From positions 66,163,351-66,227,350 of the forward strand of contig NC_057718.1 of the NCBI RefSeq assembly GCF_004010195.1: 64,000 nt of DNA, given 5' to 3'. The position numbers and the translations under genes are program-made. Origin of the DNA: Chiloscyllium plagiosum. Its lineage: Eukaryota. Positions 37,041 through 50,934 of the stretch are shown here, in pieces. Each line of letters starts with the position of its first letter. The first letter of the stretch is position 1. The notes under the pieces were generated by a model. The model did not search any database and had not been told where the DNA came from. It worked only from the letters and a program-made list of their open reading frames with translations.

Positions 37041-40000
37041 CTTTTCCCACTTGCCAGCACTTGGTCCATATCTCTAAAAAATCCTTCCCATTCAAAGACC
37101 CATCCAGATGCCTTTTAAATGTTGTAACTGTACCAGCCTTCACTACTTCCTCTAGCAGCTCATTCCATACATGTATCACCCACTGCGTGAAAAAGTTGCC
37201 CCCTTTGGTGCTTTTTAAATCTTTTCCCCCTCATCCTAAACCTATGCCCTTGAATTCTGGACTTACCCACCCTCGGGAAAAAACCTTGTCTATTTACCCT
37301 GTCCATGCCCCTTATGATTTTATAAACTTCTACAAGGTCACCCCTGAGACTCTGAGGCTCCAGCTAATTCAGCATCTCGCTATAGCTCAAACCCTTCCAC
37401 CCTGGCAACATCCTTGTAAATCTTTTCTGAACCCTTTCAATTTTCACAATGTCCTTCCGATAAGACGGAGACCAGAATTGCACACAATATTCCAAAAGTG
37501 GCCTAATTAATGTCCTATACAGTTGCACCATGACCTCCCAACTCCTATACTCGATACACTGACCAGTAAAGGAAAACATATTAAATGCCTTCTTCACTAT
37601 CCTATCTACCTGAGACTCCACTTTCAAGAAGCTATGAACCTGCACTCCAAGGTCTCTTTGTTCAGCAACACTCTCCAGGACCTTACCATTAAGTGTATAA
37701 GTCTTGGCCTGATTTGCCTTTCCAAAATGCAGCACCTCACATTTACCTAAATTAAACACCATCTGCCATACCTCGGCACATTGGCTCATCTGATCAAGAT
37801 CCCATTGTACACGGAGGTAACCTTTTTCATTGTCCAGTACACCTCCAATTTTGGTGTCATCTGCAAACTTACTTACAATACCTCCTATGTACACATCCAA
37901 ATCACTTATATAAATGATGAAAAGCAGTGGACCCAGCAACCGATCCTTGTGGCACACCACTGGTCACAGGCCTCCAGTCTGAAAAGCAACCCTCCAACAC
38001 CACCCTCTGTCTTCTACCTTTGAGCCAGTTCTGTATTCAGATAGCTAGTTCTCCCTATATTCCATATGATCTAACCTCGCTAACCAGTCTACCATGAGGA
38101 ACTGTGTCAAATGCCTTACTGAAGTCCATAAAGATCACAAGCACTCTGCTCTCTTTGTTACTTCTTCAAAAAACTCAATCATTAGTGAGACATGATTTCC
38201 CACACTCAAAGCCATGTTGATTATCCCTAAATTGGTCCTTCCCTTTCCAAATACATGCAGATCCTGTCCCTCAGGATTCCCCCCCAACAACTTGCCCACC
38301 ACTGATGTCAGGGTCAGCATAGTTCCCTGGCCTTCCCTTACCACCTTTCTTAAATAATGGCACCACGTTAGCCAATCTCCAGTCTTTCGGCACCTCATCT
38401 GTGATATGGATGATACAAATATCTGAGCAAGGGGCCTAGCAACCACTTCTCTAGCTTCCCACAGATTTCTAGGGTACACTTGATCAAGTGGTGGGGAATT
38501 TTCCTCCTTTATGCGTTTTAAGACATCTAGGACCTTTTCTGTAATATGGACATTTTTATCATGTCACCATCTATTTCCCCAAATTCTATATCTTCCATGT
38601 CCTTCTCCACAGTAAACACTGTTGCAAAATACTCATTTAGTGTTCTCTTCCCCCCCCCCCCCCATCTCCTGCGGTTCTACACATAGATTGTCTTGCTGAT
38701 CTTTGAGGGGTCGTATTCTCTCCCAAGTTACCCTTTTGTCCTTAATGTGTTTATAAAATCTCTTTGGATTCTCCTTAACCCTATTTGCCAAAGCTCATGT
38801 CCCCGTCCTGATTTCCCCCTTAAGTATACTCCTACTACCTTTATACTCATCACTTGATCTCTGCTGACAATATCTCACATATGCTTCCTTCTTTTTCTTA
38901 ACCGAAACCTCAATTTCTCTAGTCATCCAGCATTGCCTATACCTACCAGCCTTGCCTTTCAACCCAACAGGAACATACTGTCTCTGGAATCTCTATGTCA
39001 TTCCTGAAGGCTTCCCATTTTGCAGTCATCCTTTTACCTGCAAACATCTGCCTCCAATCAATTTTTAAAAGTTCTTGCCTAATACCGTCAAAATTGGCCT
39101 TTGTCCAATTTAGAACTTCAACTTTTAGATCCTGTCTATCCTTTTCCATCACTATTTTAAAACTAATAGACTTATGGTCAGTGGCCCCAAAGTGCTCCCC
39201 CACTGACACCACAGTCACCTGCCCTGCCTTATTTCCCAAGGGTAGGTCAACTTTTTCCACCTTCTGTATAGGTACATCCACATATTGAATCAGAAAATTT
39301 TCTTGTACACACCTAACAAATTCCTCTCCATCTAAACCCTTAACACTATGGCAGTCCCAGTCTATGTTTGAAAAATTAAAATCCCCTACCATTACCACCC
39401 CATCATCCTTACAGATAACTGAGATCTCACAAATTTGTTTCTCAATTTCCTGCTGACTACTGGGGGTCTATTGCACAATCTCAATAAGGTGATCATCCCT
39501 TTCTTATTTCTTAGTTCCACCTAAATAACTTTCCTGGATGTATTCCCAGGAGTATCCTCCCTGAATACAGCCATAATGTTATCCCTATTGAAAAGCACTC
39601 TTGCTCCCCTTTCTATCCTTCCTACACCATTTGTATCCTGGAATATTAAGCAGCCAGTCCTTTCGAACCCTGAGTCACATCTCTGTAAATGCTATGAAAT
39701 TCCAGTCCCAAGTTCCTAACCATGCCCTGAATTATTCTGCATTCTGTGTTAGGCCTCTTGCATTGAAATGAATGCAGTTTAATTTATCAGTCCTACCTCA
39801 TTCTCTGCTTTGTTTCTACTTGCCTTGACTGTTTGACGTGCTTCTTTTCCCAACAGTACCAGTCTCAGTGATCCCTTTCCTCACCATCTCCCTGTGCTTC
39901 CACCCCCACCATCTCCCTGTGCTTCCACCCCCACCTCCACCACCTTACTAGTTTAAATTCTCCTGAGCAGTTCTAACATATCTCCCTGCCAGTATATTAG

Positions 40001-40930
40001 TCCCCCTCCAATTCAGGTGCAATCTATCCTTCTTAATGGGTCACTTCTACCCCAGAAGAGATTCCAATGATTCAAAACTGTGAAATCCTCTCCCCTGCAC
40101 CAGCTCCTCAGCCATGTATTCACCTGCTCTATCCTTCTATTCGTACCTTCACTAGCTCATAGCACCAAGAGTAATCCAGATATTACTACCCTTGAGGAAC
40201 TCCTTTTTAAATTCCTGCCTAACTTTCGACATTCTCCCTTCAGAATCTCATCCTTTTCCCTTCATATGTCGTTAGTTCCAATGTGCATAACAACCTCCTG
40301 CTGGTCTCTCTCCACTTTAAGCATATTCCACACTCTGTCTGAAATATCCTTGATTCTGGCACCAGGGAGGCAACATACCATTCTTATTTCTCACTGCCGG
40401 CTGCAGAAATATCTGTCTACGCCTCTGACTAGAGAGTCCCCTATCACAATCGATTGCTTGGAACCTGATGACCCCTTGTTACATTCGAGCCAGTCTCAGT
40501 ACTAGAAACTTGGCTGTTTGTGCTACATTTCCATGACAGTCCACCACCCCTACATTTTCCAAAACAACATACTTGTTTGAGATGGGATAGCCACAGGAGA
40601 CTCCTGCACTACCTGCCCTCCTCTCCTACTTTTCCTGGAGGTAACCCATCTATCTGAATGTATCTGCGTTTTTTCTCCCTTCCTTTTCTGCCATTCATTA
40701 CACCCCCCAGCTGCTGTAATTTCTTCATTGCCTCTAACCGCTGCTCCAACTGATCCATGTGATCTGATAGGATTCAGAAGCAAACACACTTACTGCAGAC
40801 ATAATCATCAGGAACATGGAAACTCTCTCTAATCTCCCACATCCGACAGGAAAAGCACATCAGTCTACTAAAGGCCATCTTTGCACCTTAACAATCTACA
40901 GACCCAGAAAATAGCACAGTCTTACTGCTC
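37041..40930 (-). mobile_element. Near-full-length decayed CR1 LINE
   Basis: ORF1 remnants at 40000-40880; GDFNFSNIDW; 198-aa RT/C-terminal ORF at 37364-37960; 25-bp tandem duplication near 39883-39932. Confidence 0.9.
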
Positions 40931-41339
40931 TGTTGACATTAACGTAAAGGTTCTTTATGAATGCTTGGCCACTTTCCACAACCTATCATTACCTCAGAAC
41001 GATGGTTAATTTTACTGTTTAATTGAGAGCTCAAAGATGTTATTAAAGAATTAGCTTCTTTCTTGTAGGGTTATGAACATGAGCTTGTTTTTGAAAGAGG
41101 TTGACAGAATTTTGAAAAATTGTGCAATCCAAATTCAGGTTAATTCCAGTAATTCTAGCTGGCCTCAAATTTGATTATCTTAAAGGGGAGATGCAGAATC
41201 TCAACATTGAATAGGTTTTAAGGACACAAACAGCTGGAAGAGCTGTTATTCAAGGGCCCTGAGATTTTATGGTCATGTTTGCTTTCAAATAGCACCAGCA
41301 CCCCAATGTGTCTAATGATGGCCATGAAACCATTGTCAA

Positions 41340-41535
41340 TTGTTTGGATAAAAATCATCTGGTTAACTAATTTTCTTTAGGGAAGAAACTGCTATCCTTA
41401 CCTGGTCTGGCCTACACGGGCCTCCAGACCCAAGCAATGTGGTTGACTCTTAACTGCCTTCTGGGAAATTAGGGATTGACAATAAATGCTGGCCCAGCCA
41501 ACAATGCCCACATCCCATGAACGAATAAAAAAAAG
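41340..41535 (+). mobile_element. SINE 3' part with poly(A) tail (family uncertain)
   Basis: CCTTACCTGGTCTGGCCTAC...AATAAATGCTGGCC...CCCATGAACGAATAAAAAAA; reverse copy at 48378-48570; similar tail at 61200-61330. Confidence 0.6.
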
Positions 41536-43636
41536 CTTGTGAAGCTGGTATTGAAGTATATAGTCTCCAAATTGCTAACTGCTGATTTTAAGTAAGAGTA
41601 TCCAATGATTAAAACTTTTTGTCGAAGGTGTGAGTAAACATTTTGCATAACATACAATGGGTAGGACTTGAGTTGGATAGATTCTTGATTGACAAATGAG
41701 TCTCAGGAGAGGAGGATAGAGTGGAAAGTGGATTTCAGGGCACATTCAGATCAATCGTGTTCTTGTCAAATGGCGGAGCAGGCTAAGTAGCCTACTACTG
41801 CTTCTGATTTATATTTTCATGTGCACATTCCACGTTTGGTCTCTTAGGATTTAACAACCTTGATTTTATGGCAGAATCCTGCTGCTGTTGATTATCTGCC
41901 ATCTCCATCTCAAAAGGTAGGTACAGCAAAGTACTGCAAGAACAATAGGAATAGTCAACAGAAACGAATACTTCTCCAAAACATTCTTCTAAAAACTCCA
42001 CTTGCTGGACTGAATTTTGTAAGGACCTGCTTTTGTTCTCCACATAATCCTTCAAAGTTAGTAGGGTGGAGAATGGCCACCATGACACCAATGGTAGCCT
42101 GTTAGCAATTTAACTCTGAAAATAGCATTAATTGGTTTAAGAGAAGACTTCAGTCCCCCTGTCAGGAGAGAGTTCCACCTAAGAGGAATGACACATATTT
42201 GGCTAGCAGCTCTACAGTTCCAGCAGTGCCACTGGAATTGATGGCCACTGCTGAACTATGGTCACTACATGCAGTGTTGCAGAAATAGGATCAGTGCTCT
42301 CTCTGGGGCCAACTCGAGGCTGAGGGCAATGGCCTTTGGGAAGGGGATGATGCTGGGTTGAAGAGGCTTGTGGTAGAGTTTAAAGGGCAAAAGGCCTTGG
42401 GGCATGTTGGCCCAAGAGGGCCTACAAAGGTTTCCATAAGGCAACCTTACCCAAGGCCCACTGTACAACATCAGCCCATGTAGCTGAAGCTTCCTGGCCT
42501 CCTGGATGACATGTGCCTACCCCACCATGGGTAAAATACCAATGATGACCAAATGAGATCCTTAATTTGCTATAAATTGGACAATTGATTGCCTCAATGT
42601 GCTCAACAGCAGGAGGGCAGACTATTCAACACCTTGTCCCCTCCCTACTTTGCATAATTTCAAACAGATCCAGTGGTCAGTTAGAAAGCGGAAGGGCTCC
42701 TGCTGCATATTACATGTTCCTTCTGTCTTCAAAGCTGCTTTTGGAAAATTATAAAATCTAGCATTGTTATTGCAAACACAGTAGCAAAAACAATGCCCAC
42801 AAAACCAGTAGCAGCCTGATGTGAAAAATCAGTAATTAACCTAAGTAAAAACACAAGAATATAAGAAATAGGAGCAGGCATAGATGCCACCATTCATGCC
42901 ATCATCAGTCTAATCATGACTGATCTTCAGCTTCAACTTCACATTCCCTATTATCTGGTTGGATGAGGTGAAGGACAATAAATTGATTATAGTAACATGG
43001 TGCAAGATGTCATTGAAATTGGAAGGGAGTGAAAAGGAATTTGGTAATGAAAAAGGTTGGTAACTCAAGGGGATAGATATTGTTCTCTGTTGCAATGACG
43101 AAGAAGTTGTGTTACCATCCAGTGCCAGGGTTAATAATATCTCCTCACAAACTTGGTGTGAGGCGAGGAAGGATCCAGTTGTAATGGTCCACATATGAAC
43201 CAACAACACAAGTGGTGCGAGAATATTTTTCTGCTGAGAGAATTTGACAAGTAAATGTCCAAATTAAAATATCAAAAGTAATCACCTTTACACTGTTACC
43301 AGTCATGTCCCTTTCGACAGGTGATCAAGCACATGAAAAGTTAAATGCATGTCTCTGAGACTAGGCTATGTCAAAATGCATTTTTGATTCATGGGCATTG
43401 GTGCCAGCTGTTCTATTGCTATAGGCTGGGACAAGTGTCCTGGTGAATTCTACAACTTGGCCTTTGGATGGTACATTAAATTAAACTTGGGGTTCAGGAG
43501 TGGATTGGTAGGTGAAGGGATATTAAGAAATTTAATCGAAAAAAAGTCTTTCCAACAGAACAGTGCAGTGATATGGTTAAAAACAAGCAAAGTGGTTTAG
43601 AAAGGTACAGAGTTTAATTGAGTATCAATAAGTGAG

Positions 43637-43827
43637 CCAGCATCCGAGGAGCAGGAAAATCAACGTTTCGGTCAAAAGCCCTTCATCAGGAATGATTCCT
43701 GATGAAGGCCTTTTGCCCGAAACATCAATTTTCCTGCTCCTCGGATGCTGCCTGGGCTCCTGTGCTTTTCCAGAACCACTCTGCTCTAAACTCTGTTTTT
43801 CAGCATCTGCAGTCCTGTCTTTTGCCT
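43637..43827. mobile_element. Palindromic Penelope-terminus insertion with hammerhead-like cores on both strands
   Basis: CTGATGA..GAAAC-ATC at 43699-43726 (+) and CTGATGA..GAAAC-GTT at 43662-43689 (-); TSD TATCAA(T/C)AAGTGAG (43623-43636, 43828-43841). Confidence 0.8.
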
Positions 43828-43891
43828 TATCAACAAGTGAGGTCTATGCAGGGAATAGTAGTAAATAAATAAAAGCAAACACTTTTTATCT

Positions 43892-44090
43892 GGGCGGCAC
43901 GGTGGTTAGCACTGCTGCCTCACAGTGCCAGGGACCCGGGTTCAATTCCCGCCTCGGGGAACTGTGTGTGGAGTTTGCACATTCTCCCCGTGTCTGTGTG
44001 GGTTTCCTCCAGGTGCTCCGGTTTCCTCCCAAAGTCCAAAGATGTGCAGGTCAGGTGAATTGGCCATGCTAAATTGCCCATAGTGTTAGG
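43892..44090 (+). mobile_element. 3'-truncated HE1-type SINE joined to CR1
   Basis: Complete tRNA head and core, no SINE tail. Confidence 0.85.
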
Positions 44091-45119
44091 AGGAGGGTTC
44101 AGACTGGAGGCCTGTGAGTGCGACAAGGATTGGTGCTGGGTCCTCTACTTTTTTGTCATTTACATAAATGATTTGGATGCGAGCATAAGAGGTATAGTTA
44201 GTAAGTTTGCAGATGACACCAAAATTGGAGGTGTAGTGGACAGCGAAGAGGATTACCTCAGATTACAACAGGATCTGGATCAGATGGGCCAATGGGCTGA
44301 GAAGTGGCAGGTGGAGTTTAATTCAGATAAATGAGAGGTGCTGCATTTTGGGAAAGCAAATCTTAGCAGGACTTACACACTTAATGATAAGGTCCTAGGG
44401 AGTGTTGCTGAACAAAGAGACCTTGGAGTGCAGGTTCATAGCTCCTTGAAAGTGGAGTCGCAGGTAGATAGGATAGTGAGGAAGGCATTTGGTATGCTTT
44501 CCTTTATTGGTCAGAGTATTGAGTACAGGAGTTGGCAGGTCATGTTGTGGCTGTACAGGACATTGGTTAGGCCACTGTTGGAATATTGCGTGCAATTCTG
44601 GTCTCCTTCCTATCGGAAAGATGTTGTGAAACTTGAAAGAGTTCAGAAAAGATTTACAAGGATGTTGCCAGGGTTGGAGGATTTGAGCGATAGAGAGAGG
44701 CTGAACAGGTTGTGGCTGTCTTCCCTGGAGGCTGAGGGGTGACCTTATAGAGGTTTACAAAATGATGAGGGCATGGATAGGGTAAATAGGCAAAATCTTT
44801 TCCCTGGGGTTGAGGAGTCCAGAACTAGAGGGCATAGGTTTAGGGTGAGAGGGAAAAGATATAAAAAAAGAGACCTATGGGGCTACTTTTTGACACAGAG
44901 GGTGGTACATGTATGGAATGAGCTGCCAGTGGAAGTGTTGGAGTCTGGTACAATAGCAATCTATTAAAGTGTTTTGGATGGGTGTATGAATAGGAAGGGT
45001 TTGGAGAGATATGGGTCGGGTGCTGGCAGGTGGAACTAGATTGGATTAGATTATCTGGTCGACATGGACGGGTTGGACCAAAGGGTCTGTTTCCATGCTG
45101 TACATCTCTATTACTCTAT
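44091..45119 (+). mobile_element. Young CR1 3' ~1 kb
   Basis: [27 protein letters not shown], intact 3' UTR. Confidence 0.9.
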
Positions 45120-46499
45120 CTGCAATAACAGATGAAAATTTGCACAAATAAAGGATTTAATAACCTTTACAAGTCATGGTTACACAGTGATCAAGGTAGG
45201 GAAGAAATATTATACAACACACAATATTTTGGAAAGGCAGACTGAATGGCAAAATTTGAAAACTAGGATGACATAAGGACCTTCGTAAGAAAGTGTCTAG
45301 CTTCAGAAGATCATGAAGTAAAATCATAATCAGAGTGGGCAGAGATTAAGAATAGAAAGAGTTAGAAATACTGGCGAAACAATTTATAGGTAACAAGCAC
45401 CATTGGCAAGTTAGCCAAAATCAAGAGCAGATTATGATATTAATGAAGGAGTCACAACCTCCTGTGTCTGGCAATTACTGCTTCTAACAATTTGTCTAAC
45501 CCAAGGGATATGACTGCCTCCTGGAATGAAGGTTCCAGGTAATTATCCTCCTGCTGCTCTGTAATATCTGCAACTCCGGCTCCATTTTAACAGCTTTAAT
45601 TTAGTTACTCAAGCAGCAGACACACCAGAAACATGGTTGTCCGGGACTGCAATGCATTCCAATATCTTGCAGTCACAGCAAACCACTCTCACTGCCATAT
45701 CTGTCTAACCTTATTTATGTAATTAATCAATCAACTAACAATTATTTTTTGCAGCTAGATTAACAGCAAGTGTCCTAATTTGGAGTCAATTATGAAAATT
45801 AACTGGGTTCTGGAGGCTTAGAGAGGATATTAAAAAACCTTTCCCCATCTGCACCACACTCCCACTTGTTCCTCTTTACATTTGTACCTCATCATCTTTA
45901 CTAGGAGCACAGAGTGGAGATGAAGACCTGAGGGCAACATTCACACTATTAGTAGAACAAATTTAGAAGTGGATGAATCAGGGACTGCCACAAACTTATA
46001 TCATAAATCAGCTCTTTAATAATTGAGCAAACCTGAATGAAATATTTTGAAAGGCTTAACCTAACTTTCAGGTAGAGGGGCTTTTGTGGCGCAGTGTGAG
46101 TGTCCCTACCCCAGACCAAGAGACCTGGGTTCAAGTCCCATTTTTTCCAGGAGGTGTATAATAACCACTCTGAATGGATTGATTAGGAAAATAGGTTAAA
46201 TTTTAAAACTTTCAGGGTGGCATCAGGACTACTAAAGAGTGTTCAAATACATGTACATCTTGAACATACTTCAAGCTTGAACAATTTACATTATATTTTG
46301 GTGTTATGAATCTCTAGTTTGTGCCTGAAAAATGAATGCAACAGAAAAGGATTTCTGGCCACAGTTCTTTCACATCTAAGACCACTATTCTCATCCAGTT
46401 AAGTTATAGGAGGAAATGCTCTGCCATTTGCCCAGAATCTTTGGAAAGTGAGGTTGGGATTTTTCAACCAACCTAAAACAAATGCAAGTCAAAAACTCT

Positions 46500-46950
46500 G
46501 GTGCCTGTTTGTGAATTTGAACCAAATTTTTTTCACATCAACCCGGTGCTTACTGCCCACAGTGACTCCCAGTCTAGAAAGACTCAAATTTGTAAATTTA
46601 CAACATTGTGTTCAAATCCCTCCATGGCCTCACCTTGTTCTGTAACATCCTCAAGCTCTATGACTTTCAAAAGCTCTGCATCCTTCTAGGTTTCATCTCT
46701 TGCACATCCTTGGTCTCCCTCATCCCATCATTAATGGCAATACTTTCAGATGCCAAAGTCACAAGCATCTACTTCCTATCCTAAACCTCTCCAGCTTTCT
46801 TTTCTTTAAGAACCTCTTTAAGACCTACCATTTTACCCAAGCTTTTTTTATAACCTGCCCTAATATTTTCTTACGTGGCTCAAATGTCTGCCTGGTACCA
46901 CCATTATAAAACATCTTGGAATGTTTTATTATGTCAGGTTTTTGCTATAT
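46500..46950 (+). mobile_element. Old L2-like LINE 3' fragment
   Basis: TTCAAATCCCTCCATGGCCT (FKSLHG) and CTCTTTAAGACCTACC tail motifs. Confidence 0.5.
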
Positions 46951-48577
46951 TTGACTTGGGAATAATGAATACTAACACAGGGCTAAATTAGTAAAGATTT
47001 TCTGTTCCCAATATTAACAACCATCAGCGTAATAGGCACATAGAAGGTCTATATACACACACAAGTAAATATATTTTAAAATTAAGCTACTTCACATTTT
47101 GTATTTCTTATCTTCGCAGATAATTTGTCTATTCCTTAAGACATCAACATCCGACCTGGTGAGAATCCATCCTGGTTTCTGATGAGGAAGAGGATCCCAA
47201 AGACTCTGAGCAGGGAGCAAGCAGGGAGTCCAAAGTCAGTCGGAAGCAATATCACCAGAACACATTGGAAGAAAATCGTTTTCAGCACCAACCACCACGG
47301 AATTTAAGGCATGTCATCTGTTATTTCACCTGTTAGACAGAAAGTACTATATTAGCCACAACAGCTAAAAGTTATGGACTTAAACCATAATATACTTACT
47401 ATGCTGGATATCTGGAAACAGCCAGAAGCAGAAATAGCTAACAAGATTTGGAAGTGTAATTAATATTTATGCATACAAACTAAACAGTGAGATGATAATA
47501 ATAACATCTAATATTGCAGATTATCAAACTCAAAAATAAAAACAGAAGGTGCTGGAAACTCTCAGCAGAACTGACAGCATCTATGGAGGGAGAAATAAAT
47601 TTAATGTTTCGAGTCCAAGATGACTCCTCTTCAGTTCTACACAAAGTTGTCCAGCTCCATTCATCACAAAATTGGATTGAATATGACCTGATGAACTCTG
47701 TAATCATTTAAACACTGGTTACTTTCTTACCAATCAAAGCTTCAGTGGGTCACCTGATGGTCAGCTGGATGGATTCAAAGGAAAAATCTAAATGCTGTTG
47801 TGACAGATGTGGCAGTTTCCTCTGAGCTAGGTCCTATAAATATTGCCAGCACAAGAGTGCTGTAAAAGTATCATTAGCTTGCTTTGTGTATTATACTATG
47901 TAAATATACTTTGTAGTAATGCATATTGTTATTGTAAATTTTGTTATAATGTAAAACATGAATATAATGTATCTTTTACTTGAGGCTTGTAAATGAAACT
48001 ACTGTTTTTCAATACTTTTGTTTACAAATGGAAAAAAAACACTAATTTGTTCCTTTGTCGTTAAAGTGATGCCAATTAAGTTGCATAAAAGACATACAAT
48101 ACAGAATCAAATTTTAATAATATTTTGAAAAATTTTTCAAACATATCTTTGTTTGTAACAATGTAATTAAATTGATTATTCTTAAAGTCTGCAATTGTCT
48201 GAGGAGATGAGCCAGCATGCTTTTTTTTTAACCAAGACTGTGGGGCACTGCATTGGGATAAGATATTATAGTTTTAATGGTAGGAATACTTTGCACTGTG
48301 TGGTTTATGACAAAGTGACTGATCTTACTGCCAGTACTCACTACTAGGCATTCTGTTGTGCAGTAACCACTAGATTATTTTTATTCATTCAAGGGATGAT
48401 GGCGTTGCTAGCTAGGCCAGCATTTATTGCCCATACCTAATTGCCCAGAGAGCAGTTAAGAGTCAACCATATTGCTATGGGTCTGGAATCACAGGTAGGC
48501 CAGACCAGGTATGGATGACAGTTTCCTTCCCTAAAGGACATTAGTGAATTAGATGGGTATTTGCAACAATGTATCCA

Positions 48578-49340
48578 TGATTTGATTTGATTTATTATTG
48601 TCACATGTATCTAAGTACAGTTAAGAGTTTTGTTTTGTATGCAGTACAGGCAGATCATTACCATACACAGGTCATGACGTGATAGAACAGAGCAAAGATG
48701 CAAAGTTACGGCTGCAAAGAAGATATGCAAAAAACAAGATCAGCGTTAGATTTGAAATTTGAGAGGTCCATTCAGCAGTCTAATAACAGTGGGGAAAAGG
48801 CTGTTCTTGAACCTGCTGTTACATGTGTTTAAGCTTTTGTATCTTCTGCCTGACCGAAAAGGTTGGATGAGATTATAAACAGGGTGAGCGACCTTTCCGA
48901 GGCAGCAAGAAGTTTAGATGGAGTCAATGGATGGAAGGTTGGCTTGTGTGATAGACTGGGCTATGTTCACAACTCTCTATAATTTCTCATGGTCCTCAGC
49001 AGAGCAGTTGCTCTACCAAGCCGTGATGTATTCAGAAAGAGTGCTTTCTACAGTGCATTTATAAATGTTGATGGGAGTCCTTGTGGACATGCTGAATCTC
49101 CTCAGCTTCCTGAAGAAGAAGAGGCATTGTTGAGCCTTCTTGACTGCTGCATCTATGTGGGTAGTCTCAGACAGATTGTTGGTGATTGTCAATCATAGGA
49201 ACTTACTGCTCCCGACCATCTCCACTGATTTAGACATGAGCATGCCCTCCTCCTTGCTTCCTGAAGTTGATGTTCACTCCTTTAGTTTTGCTGATGTTGA
49301 GGGAGAGATTGCTATCTTTACACCATGCCACCGAGCATCA
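48578..49340 (-). mobile_element. Rex1/Babar-like LINE 3' fragment
   Basis: Minus NLSLNISKTKGVNINFRK; tail seen as (TTTGA)n on plus. Confidence 0.6.
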
Positions 49341-49461
49341 TTAGACTCTTAATTCCATTTATTTATTGAATTCAAATTCCACCAAATGCAGTGGTGAGAT
49401 TCCAACCAGATCCTCAGTATATTCCAACCAGAGGTCCCCTGGATCTCTGGATTAACAATCA

Positions 49462-50300
49462 GGATCAGAAAGTGTGGTGCTCGAAAGGTACAGCAGGTCA
49501 GGCAGCATGTGAGGAGCAGGAGAGTCAACATTTCAGGCATAAGTCCTTCGTTAGGAATGTCGGGAGGGGCCCAAGGAGGCAGAGAGATAAATAGGAGGGG
49601 GGGTGGGGCTAGGGGGAAGGTAGTTTGGAAGGTAATAGGTAGATGAAGGTCACAGGGCAATGGTGATAGGTCGGAACAGAGGAGTGGAGCGGATAGGTGG
49701 GAAGGAAGATGGATTGGTATGACAGTTCAAGAGGGCAGTGCTGAGTTGGAGGGTTGGATCTTGGATAAGATGGGAAGAGGAGAGATGAGGAAACTGGTGA
49801 AATCGACATTGTTGCCATGTGTTTGGAGGATCTCAAGGCAGAAGATGAGGTGTTCTTCCTTCAGGTGTTGGTGGCATGGATTTGGCGGTGGAAGAGACCC
49901 AGGACTTGCATGTCCTTGGCGGAGTGGGAGTGGGAGTGGGAGTGGGAGGGGGAGTTGAAGTGGTCAGCCACAGGGCAGTTGAGTTGTTTGGCGCACATAG
50001 CCTGGAGATGTTCTCTGAAAACTTCCACAATTTGATGTCCTGTCTTCCCAATGTAGAGTAGACCAAATCGAGAGCAACGGACACAGTAAATTAGATGTTT
50101 TTGATGTGCAAGAAAATCTCTGCTAGATGTGGAAGGATCCTTTGGGGTCTTGGATGGAGGTGAGGGGGGAGGTGTGGTTGCAGGTTTTGCACCTCTTGCG
50201 GTGGCAGGCGAAGGTGCCGGGAGTGGAGGGTGGGTTGTTGGGGATGCAAGGACCTAACAAGGGAGTCACGGAGGGAACGGTCTCTGTGGAATGCTGAAAG
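49462..50300 (-). mobile_element. Penelope-like element 3' fragment with GIY-YIG endonuclease
   Basis: GTFACHRKRCKTCNH then LIYCVRCSRFGLLYIGKTG..FREH (~50015-50095); terminus homologous to the short palindromic insertions, with a degenerate hammerhead near 49525-49560. Confidence 0.85.
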
Positions 50301-50934
50301 TCTAGTGATAATACCACAAGACAATGCCTTCCCTATAATTATCCCTCAGTTAGATGGGAAACTCAATTGACAATCTTGCAGCCTTGATTTTGTTTTAAAT
50401 AATTTCTTCCTTAATAATTTTAACTACTACTTGCCCCCCATACCCAGTTTACATTTCTTTAACAATACATTACAATGGATGTTCAATTTAGATCCATCAT
50501 GAAATCCAGATCTGTGAGGGTTATCAATCCAGGGTTTTCATTAATGTCATATGTATGGAAGTTAGTTAAACTATTTTTGATGTTCTTGTTGTGCTTGAGA
50601 GAAATGAATGAAAACCTCAGTTAAATGAATATTGGTTCTTTGTAACATCTTTTAGTCATTGATTCAAAATTAAAAGTGACTTAAAATTCCCAGGCCACAA
50701 ACTTTATAGTGAACTTTCAGTTGTTTTTTTGCTTTTCTAACCTTGCAGTTTGATTTCTAACTACTAAGAAACACACAGACACTGACAATATGCTTAAAAG
50801 TTGAAGAGAAATCACAGGGGCATCTATCAAAGAGAGGATGGGACACAATAATGAAATAAATGTGCAGTTTAAGCAAATTAACTGAAAATGTTGGTAACTT
50901 ATTTTGTAACCTGGTAGAGTAGAAACCAATAACA

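Noticed and set aside
49921..49950. (GAGTGG)n giving PTPTPT or EWEWEW peptides
   Set aside because: Microsatellite slippage within the Penelope fragment.
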